From the NCBI GenBank assembly GCA_041665345.1, contig JBAYJA010000001.1, forward strand, positions 73,206 to 137,205: a stretch of 64,000 nucleotides of DNA, written 5' to 3'. This DNA comes from Patescibacteria group bacterium. Lineage in GTDB: Bacteria > Patescibacteriota > Patescibacteriia > PEXW01. This document shows, piece after piece, positions 57,863-64,000 of the stretch. The position numbers were made by a program, and so were the translations under genes. The notes beneath the pieces were generated by a model that saw only the letters and a list, made by a program, of their open reading frames with translations, searched no databases and was not told where the DNA came from. Every line of letters begins with the position of its first letter. Positions within the stretch are counted from its first letter, which is position 1.

Positions 57863-58099
57863 TCAGTCAAGTACAAGTTGCTGACTCCCATCGATGGCTC
57901 CTTCTGTCTCCGAGAGTTTTTTGATCTTCACCTGAGCGCGCATGCGAGCTTCGGCTTCGCTCACCGCATTCTCTATGGTGAAGGTAAAGAGTGGCCCCAT
58001 GACCTGCTTGCGGTAGGAGAATGTGTAATCTCCAATCCGTGTGGTATGTACGTTGGGGCGGGGCGTCATTGCTGCGAAAAGAATTTTCAAAATGTTCAT
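57863..58099 (-). CDS. Hypothetical protein, 78 aa.
   Basis: ORF followed by a terminator. Confidence 0.35.
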   Translation of the reverse strand: MNILKILFAAMTPRPNVHTTRIGDYTFSYRKQVMGPLFTFTIENAVSEAEARMRAQVKIKKLSETEGAIDGSQQLVLD

Positions 58100-58204
58100 C
58101 TTGTCTCCTCTATTTTTTTCTATTTTGATTCAACACTATAGCGTACGGTAGTCCATTTGTCAATAGTTGGTAAGGTGGATACTTGATCATGGTACACTCT
58201 ACGC

Positions 58205-58465
58205 ATGCAGCGTGTATGGTTCAAAGCGAAGGAGTACGGCTACGGTTGGTACCCGGCGACCTGGCAAGGGTGGCTCATTTTACTCAGCTACCTGGCTGTC
58301 GTTCTTGGTGTGACCTTCCTCATTTTCGATTTTCGGTCAGACCAAGCAACCCTTGGTCAGATTCTGTGGTTCGTTGGCATTACTTTTGTGGCGACAATTT
58401 TGCTGATTGTGATTTGTTGGAAGACGGGGGAGAAGGCCGGGTGGAGATGGGGGAAGAAGAGATAG
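58205..58465 (+). CDS. Small membrane protein, 86 aa.
   Basis: Two TM helices and a basic C-terminus. Confidence 0.35.
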   Translation: MQRVWFKAKEYGYGWYPATWQGWLILLSYLAVVLGVTFLIFDFRSDQATLGQILWFVGITFVATILLIVICWKTGEKAGWRWGKKR

Positions 58466-58642
58466 AAGTTTTCGTTGTTGGTAAAGGTATGGGTTGAGGG
58501 AATAGATAAAAGACTCTTTCTGTCCTCTACCTCTAACTGCTCACCATACCTCCATCAAAACCCAAACCTTCTATCGCAGTTTTGCATCTTCCCCTAGAAC
58601 AGTAGTAGAATAGAAACATCTTTCCCTTAACCCCGTGCGCCT

Positions 58643-59050
58643 ATGCCAGACGTCACTATCAACTACGTCGCCGTGCTCGTGTCCGGTCTCATTGCCATGG
58701 TTTTGGGCGGTTTGTGGTACTCACCTGTGCTGTTTGGAAAAGTCTGGGCGCGCATTGCAAATATTGATGAAGCCGCGGCCAAGAAAGAGGCGCCCCTGGC
58801 CTACGTGAAAATGTTCATCTTGGCACTCATTTCCGCTTGGGTGCTGGCGCACTTCGTGGACTACACGCAGTCTACCACCTTCATGAATGGTGCCCTCACG
58901 GGTTTCTGGGTGTGGTTGGGCTTTGTGGCTACCGTCACCATGTCCGGGGTTATTTTTGAAAAGCGACCCTCCAAACTGTGGTTTTTGAACAACGGTTACC
59001 AGCTCATCCTCCTGGTCATTACAGGCGGGGTGTTGGCCATTTGGTCCTAA
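58643..59050 (+). CDS. DUF1761-like membrane protein, 135 aa.
   Basis: Four hydrophobic helices with a WYSP motif near the N-terminus. Confidence 0.5.
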   Translation: MPDVTINYVAVLVSGLIAMVLGGLWYSPVLFGKVWARIANIDEAAAKKEAPLAYVKMFILALISAWVLAHFVDYTQSTTFMNGALTGFWVWLGFVATVTMSGVIFEKRPSKLWFLNNGYQLILLVITGGVLAIWS

Positions 59051-59107
59051 GTTTTCATAGGTAAGGAAAAAGCGGCGTCTTCGGACGTCGTTTTTTTGCT
59101 CTTCCCC

Positions 59108-59210
59108 GGGGTCCCCATGAATGTGGCGCGGACCCTGAGTGAGCCCCGCAATCCTGCGGGATAAACTCCACGAATCGAAGGGGAGCACGCGTTCATGGGG
59201 TCAAGCGAGC
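59108..59210. repeat. Hairpin repeat element X, copy C; the outer stem carries three compensatory base-pair changes.
   Basis: GGGGTCCCCATGAATGTGGCGCGG-[long variable insert]-GAGCACGCGTTCATGGGG-TCAAGCGAGCC. ACAGA/TCTGT in copies A and B becomes ATGAA/TTCAT here. Confidence 0.5.
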
Positions 59211-59361
59211 CTGCCCCGTACCGGACCCCGAGCGGAGTCGAGGGGGACTGGTGCGGGGGCTTCGAACGGCCTCCGGCCCGGAGGGAACCCGTAGTGGAGC
59301 CGCGAATGCGGGTACACGGAGGGTGGAGTTCGAAATGAGCGTCTGCTACACTAACCAAGCT

Positions 59362-60000
59362 ATGGGAATCACCGATGCTATTGTCCATCTTGCGACCGAC
59401 ATTATCCAGCGCGCAGGCTATGCCGGTATTGGTTTTCTGATGGCCTTGGAGAGCATGATTTTTCCCGTGCCCAGCGAGGCGGTTATGCCCTTTGCGGGTT
59501 TTGCCTGGGCAGATGGTACCTTGCGCTGGTTTGGGATTTTTCTGGCCAGTACTATTGGTAGCTTGGTTGGTTCCTGGATTTCCTACGCCATTGGTCGGTA
59601 CGGTGGCCGGCCGTTCATTCGGAAGTTCGGGAAGTACTTTTTGCTCAACGAGCAACACCTGGACCAGACCGAAGCTTTTTTCCAACGCTGGGGCGAAAAG
59701 GCAATTTTCGTTTGCCGGTTCATTCCAGTGGTGCGGCACTTCATTTCCATCCCGGCGGGTGCGGGCAAAATGCACTTGGGGAAGTTTACCCTGTACACGC
59801 TCTTTGGCGCAGCAATCTGGAACATGTTCCTCACCTACCTGGGCTTCCGGTTGGGGAGTGACTGGGAGAAGATTCAGAAGTACAGCCACGTCCTTGATAT
59901 TGTGGTGATCGCGGTGATCATTTTGGGGATTGTGTACTTGGTGTACCGGAAAATGCGGAAAGGACGGAATGTCACTTCTCTCACGAAGAGCGATGGCTAA
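59362..60000 (+). CDS. DedA-family membrane protein.
   Basis: GYAGIGFLMALESMIFPVPSE and FIPVVRHFISIPAG motifs. Start chosen at MGITDAIV. Confidence 0.75.
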   Translation: MGITDAIVHLATDIIQRAGYAGIGFLMALESMIFPVPSEAVMPFAGFAWADGTLRWFGIFLASTIGSLVGSWISYAIGRYGGRPFIRKFGKYFLLNEQHLDQTEAFFQRWGEKAIFVCRFIPVVRHFISIPAGAGKMHLGKFTLYTLFGAAIWNMFLTYLGFRLGSDWEKIQKYSHVLDIVVIAVIILGIVYLVYRKMRKGRNVTSLTKSDG

Positions 60001-61777
60001 AGCACGGCACAACTTGGTAAGATTTTTTACAGGGTGTTTGTGCCTATGTAGCTGCTTTGGTTTGAACGGCGCTGTGGATGCATTGGCAGCTGCCGAAGAT
60101 ATTTTGGGAGTGAATGTGCATGCGGTCCAGCGGTACGCCCCAGGTGAATATTCCACCTTGGGTGATCATTTACAAGCTGATGCAATGCATTGGGCACGAG
60201 AAGAATTCTACTGGGATCGGATTGAACCCGCTGCCGGGAATTTCCAATGGGCTGGGTATGATGAGGTGGTTGCACTGTACCAGGCCAAAGGAGTCTCAGT
60301 TTTGGGATTACTGGCGTACAGCAGTCAATGGGCATCCAGTTGGGCCGGCGCGCAAACCGCAGATGATCATGTTTTTAGTTCGCCAGACCTCACCGCCTGG
60401 GCGACGTACGTTCGTACTGTCGTGAGCAGGTATAAAGGAACGGTGCATGCCTGGGAAATTTGGAACGAACCAGATGCCGCACATTTTCTCCGACCTTCAC
60501 CTGGGGCAGCGGCCTACTTGCCAGTGCTCAAAGCCGCGTATGCTGCGATTAAAGAAGTTGACCCCACGGCAACCGTTGTGACTGGGGGTACTGCTGGAGT
60601 CAATTACAGCTTTGCCAAAATGCTCTACACCCAGGGCGGGAAAGGATACTTTGACGCGATTGGTGTGCATGCCTACAGAACTTTAGGGAGTGACTTCCGA
60701 AGCGCGCCAGAAGTGAGCCAGTTTGGATTGCACTGTCTTGACGTGGATTTGGCCGCGCTAAACGCAGTGCTTGCGAAGTACGATGCAGGTCGCCCGGTGT
60801 GGATTACCGAATTTGGGTGGCCAACGCATGCGGCTGGGGTAACGCCAGCTCAGCAAGCTGCCTACCTCCAACGCGCTGTACTCATTGCGCGGAGCCAGGG
60901 TGTCGCCAAGTTTTTCTGGTATGACTATCGGGATGATGCGTCGGGGAGCGAGCAGGAGAAAAGCTTTGGTTTGTACCAGCGGGATTGGACACCAAAGCCA
61001 GCTCTGACGGCGTACCAAGAAATCCAACGACTCCTTGGCAACGCGACGTTTTCGTACTGGGAGCCAGTGCTGAGTGAGCGCGTGGAAGATTTTCGTAACG
61101 CCAAAGGATGGTACGTTGATGCTTGGCTGCAGGGTACGCTCCGTTCACATGTGCCGGCGCGGGTTATTAAAAATCCTGCATACCCGGGCGGGTCGCGAAC
61201 AGTCCTGCGTTACGATTTCCGCAACGCCAAGGGTTCAACTTTTGCAAACCTGGTTGGCTCCTTCCCAAAAACGTACACCGATATGTTTGAATTGTGGTAC
61301 CTGGGGGATGGGAGTATGCATGACCTGCGGTTCCGGGTGATTGATGCCCAGGGCGAAACTTTTCAGTTTACCGTGGGTCCGGTGGGCAGTGGCTGGCAGC
61401 GAGTGCTGGTAGACATTCGAACTGGCGTGCAGCGCGCTACCTCCTGGGGGAGCAAGAAGGATGGAAAAATTCAACAGCCCGTTAGCATTGGAAGCATCCT
61501 GTTGGAAAATCGTTCGGGAGCAGTTTCTCAGTACGGTAGTATTGGCATTGGCCCTATTCGTCGTGTGACGCAACCCCTTGGCGTTTTTGCACGTTGGCGG
61601 GGACCAAGTGGAAATGTTTGGACGGTTTGGTCTGATAGCCGAGGCCGGTTAGCAAATGTACGGTCGCCCATTGCCCGGGCAATGACGTTCACGCAATCAG
61701 CAATTGTGCAGTCTTTAGCGCCAACAGCAGGAAAGCTCCAGCTTCCCTTTGGAGATCGGCCGCAATTCCTTCAGTAA
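59993..61777 (+). CDS. Secreted glycoside hydrolase (GH5/GH39-like TIM-barrel) with a C-terminal beta-rich domain.
   Basis: Acid/base motif HAWEIWNEPD and nucleophile motif VWITEFGWP. N-terminal hydrophobic/Cys region. Start ambiguous (59930, 59969 or 59993); it overlaps the DedA stop. Confidence 0.65.
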   Translation: MAKARHNLVRFFTGCLCLCSCFGLNGAVDALAAAEDILGVNVHAVQRYAPGEYSTLGDHLQADAMHWAREEFYWDRIEPAAGNFQWAGYDEVVALYQAKGVSVLGLLAYSSQWASSWAGAQTADDHVFSSPDLTAWATYVRTVVSRYKGTVHAWEIWNEPDAAHFLRPSPGAAAYLPVLKAAYAAIKEVDPTATVVTGGTAGVNYSFAKMLYTQGGKGYFDAIGVHAYRTLGSDFRSAPEVSQFGLHCLDVDLAALNAVLAKYDAGRPVWITEFGWPTHAAGVTPAQQAAYLQRAVLIARSQGVAKFFWYDYRDDASGSEQEKSFGLYQRDWTPKPALTAYQEIQRLLGNATFSYWEPVLSERVEDFRNAKGWYVDAWLQGTLRSHVPARVIKNPAYPGGSRTVLRYDFRNAKGSTFANLVGSFPKTYTDMFELWYLGDGSMHDLRFRVIDAQGETFQFTVGPVGSGWQRVLVDIRTGVQRATSWGSKKDGKIQQPVSIGSILLENRSGAVSQYGSIGIGPIRRVTQPLGVFARWRGPSGNVWTVWSDSRGRLANVRSPIARAMTFTQSAIVQSLAPTAGKLQLPFGDRPQFLQ

Positions 61778-61857
61778 TCTAACCAGTTGACCGCTGCCCA
61801 AGTTTCCGTCAAGCTAGGAGCATTCCTGTACACCACACAGAAGACCCTATTCAACCC

Positions 61858-63636
61858 ATGATATCCGTGTCCCCAATTGAAGAAATCAAAGCCCGCCTGG
61901 ATATTGCCGAGGTTGTGGGTGAGTACGTCCCCCTGAAGCAAGCTGGGCCGGAGCGTTTGCGCGCGCGGTGCCCGTTCCACAGTGAACGGACGCCGAGTTT
62001 TATGGTCTCCCGGGACCGGCAGATTTACCACTGCTTTGGTTGCGGCGAAGGCGGGGACGTCATTAGCTTTGTGCAGAAAATGGAAGGTCTGGAATTTCCG
62101 GACGCACTCCGGCTCCTGGCGAAGAAGGCGAATGTGGAACTCCCCAGTTACGATCCAAAACTACAGAGCGAACGCGCTTCGATTCTTGAAGCCCTGCGTC
62201 TGGCTGGCTCCTTCTTCCACGAGTACTTGCTACACGCCAAGGCGGCAGAGCCTGCACGAACGTACCTGGTGGAAACCCGTGCGCTGACCGCAGATACCCT
62301 GGAGCAGTTTCAACTTGGGTACGCGCCAGATGCGTGGGATGGGTTGCTCAACGCGCTTCGGAAACGGAAGATCAGCGACGCGCATTTGGTGGCGGCTGGC
62401 TTGGCCGTGCGCCGGGAAAAGGGGAGTGGGATGTACGACCGGTTCCGCAACCGGATTATGTTTCCTATTCGTGATGCGCATGGCACGATTATTGGTTTTG
62501 GTGGGCGGGCAATGGATGCGAACGAACCAGCGAAGTACATCAACACGCCGCAGACCATGGTGTACAACAAGAGTGCCGTACTCTACGGTTTGGACCAAGC
62601 CAAAGCTGCCATTCGGCAGGAAAAAGTTGCGGTCGTTGTGGAAGGGTACATGGACTGCATTGCCTCGCACCAAGCTGGGGTGAAGCACGTCGTGGCTTCT
62701 TCTGGTACGGCGCTCACGGACGGGCAGGTGCACTTGCTCAAGCGTTTTGCTCCGGCAGTCGCGCTGAGCTTTGACATGGACCCGGCTGGCGAGACGGCGG
62801 CCAAGCGCGGGGTGGCGGTAGCCTGGCGGGAAGGTTTGGATGTCCAAGTGGTGTCTCTGCCCTTTGGGAAAGACCCGGATGAGTGCATTCGCAAAGACCC
62901 CAAAGCTTGGGCTGAAGCCATTGCCCAACGGCAGCCGATTCTGGATTTCTACTTCAGCCGAACCCTGAACCAGCGTGATCCAGAGAAGGTGGAGGACAAG
63001 AAAGCCGCGGCAAAAATTCTCCTTCCCGTGCTCACCATGGTTGCCGATCCAATTGAGCAAACCCACTACCTGCAGAAGTTGGGTCAGTGGCTCCAAGTTG
63101 ATGAGCAGATTCTCCGACGCAAACTTGCGTCCAGCACACCGGGTCAGCATTCGGCACCTGCCACTGCCACGCCAGCCCCAGTGATGGACCGAACCGAGCG
63201 CATTTGTCAGCAAATTCTTGGCCTACTACAGCTGGAACCAGATGCGATTCCCAGCATTGCCAAAGACCTCCCAGCTGAAGCCTTCCCACCTGGGGTTTGG
63301 CGAGACCTTTACAAATTTTTCCTGAATCAGTATAGTTCAGAGCACAATCCGTCGCCTGCAACCTGGGCTCAGGCTGCGGGTGAGCGTGATGCGAGTCTGG
63401 CTGACGCCCTGGCCGTGGCAAACCTTGCGGTCACGTCCTTTACCCGTGCCTCGTCCGTGGAACGGCACCGGGAAATTGAGGCCGCCGTGCGTGCGTTGCT
63501 CCGCGTCTGGGTGGATCAGGAAATGGCAAAAATCACCCCTGCGCTCCACGCCGCTGAAGCCCGGCATGATACCGCGGTCATGCAAGAGCTCACCACCCAG
63601 TTTACCGCCCTCACCCAGCAACTTCGTCGTCTCTAG
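61858..63636 (+). CDS. dnaG: DNA primase.
   Basis: Zinc ribbon CPFHSERTPSFMVSRDRQIYHCFGCGEGGDVISFV, and a TOPRIM domain (VVVEGYMDCIA, DxD). Confidence 0.95.
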   Translation: MISVSPIEEIKARLDIAEVVGEYVPLKQAGPERLRARCPFHSERTPSFMVSRDRQIYHCFGCGEGGDVISFVQKMEGLEFPDALRLLAKKANVELPSYDPKLQSERASILEALRLAGSFFHEYLLHAKAAEPARTYLVETRALTADTLEQFQLGYAPDAWDGLLNALRKRKISDAHLVAAGLAVRREKGSGMYDRFRNRIMFPIRDAHGTIIGFGGRAMDANEPAKYINTPQTMVYNKSAVLYGLDQAKAAIRQEKVAVVVEGYMDCIASHQAGVKHVVASSGTALTDGQVHLLKRFAPAVALSFDMDPAGETAAKRGVAVAWREGLDVQVVSLPFGKDPDECIRKDPKAWAEAIAQRQPILDFYFSRTLNQRDPEKVEDKKAAAKILLPVLTMVADPIEQTHYLQKLGQWLQVDEQILRRKLASSTPGQHSAPATATPAPVMDRTERICQQILGLLQLEPDAIPSIAKDLPAEAFPPGVWRDLYKFFLNQYSSEHNPSPATWAQAAGERDASLADALAVANLAVTSFTRASSVERHREIEAAVRALLRVWVDQEMAKITPALHAAEARHDTAVMQELTTQFTALTQQLRRL

Positions 63637-63672
63637 CCACGCCAAGTCTCTTGGTGTGTAGATCTCCTCTTT

Positions 63673-64000
63673 ATGCCCAAAAAGCATCCAGTGAAAAAAC
63701 GCCAGGCGGTCGCCAAGCACAAGCGGGTGGTGAAGCATGCAGGAAAGAAGAAGCCAGTGCGGAAGGTTGCTCCCAAAACCCACGTCCGTGCGGTTGCTGT
63801 GCCTAAGCGTCTTTTCCCTGCTGACCAAGCCGACGGTCTTTTGAAGAGGGCAAAGCAGCGCGGTTTCCTTACCGAAGGGGAAATTCTCTACACGTTCCCC
63901 GACATTGAAGAGTACCTGCCAGACGTCGAAGAGTTCATTGCTACGCTGGAGAGCCTGGGGCTGCGCACGGTGGAGAATACGAACATTCTGGGAGATCTGG
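63673..64000 (+). CDS. rpoD: RNA polymerase sigma factor RpoD, N-terminal part; runs off the window end.
   Basis: MPKKHPVKKRQAV... basic N-terminus, then LLKRAKQRGFLTEGEILYTFPD (sigma70 region 1.1/1.2 type). The dnaG-rpoD gene order is conserved. Confidence 0.75.
   Translation, partial: MPKKHPVKKRQAVAKHKRVVKHAGKKKPVRKVAPKTHVRAVAVPKRLFPADQADGLLKRAKQRGFLTEGEILYTFPDIEEYLPDVEEFIATLESLGLRTVENTNILGDL

Noticed and set aside
59100-59340. tmRNA, RNase P RNA or SRP RNA identity for the X element copies and flanks
   Set aside because: Checked for the tmRNA 3' end (GGTTCGAnTCC...CCACCA), the RNase P P4 strands (AGGAAAGTCCGGGCTCC / ACAGAACCCGGCTTA) and the SRP domain IV motif (GGAAGCAGCCA). None was present.

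Overview
This 64 kb window is a gene-dense stretch of bacterial chromosome. Its gene content (a giant surface protein, membrane-anchored proteins with Asn-rich linkers, many small hypothetical genes) is reminiscent of an uncultivated Patescibacteria/CPR-like lineage, but that placement is inference. Recognisable housekeeping genes: rpsF-ssb-rpsR and efp; ychF; a folate one-carbon cluster (folD, folC, glyA); plsX; trpS; RNase J; secG; a family-5 ABC substrate-binding protein; divergent uvrC/uvrA; groES-groEL with a CIRCE operator; ppsA; guaA; recQ; tag; a NUDIX MutT-like gene; a DedA protein; a glycoside hydrolase; dnaG and the start of rpoD. Two tRNAs lie on the minus strand, tRNA-Leu(CAG) and tRNA-Ser(GGA). 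No CRISPR array, rRNA or transposase was seen. Several lower-GC islands interrupt the core and carry hypothetical genes: a Cys-rich protein at 5843..6448; a MutS2-like ATPase fused to an unknown 470-aa domain at 43510..45543; a TIMP/NTR-like secreted protein at 49613..50122; and a hypothetical at 56029..56517. The non-coding signals most worth follow-up are listed here. (1) A dispersed tandem heptamer array (TTCGTAA in gene sense) ends 2-5 nt before the start codons of efp, folD and groES. (2) A three-copy hairpin element shows three fully compensatory base-pair changes; two copies sit beside a conserved module that directly follows both tRNA genes. (3) Related long-range stems occur in the leaders of two paralogous 220-aa hypothetical genes. 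(4) Two single-gene low-GC insertions are each flanked by direct repeats of about 30 bp. (5) Two MITE-like elements carry 12-bp terminal inverted repeats. (6) A TTGACR-N17-TAAGGT promoter motif recurs four times upstream of hypothetical genes. (7) A palindrome lies between the -10 and the start codon of uvrA. All calls rest on reading the sequence and ORF translations by eye. No searches were run.
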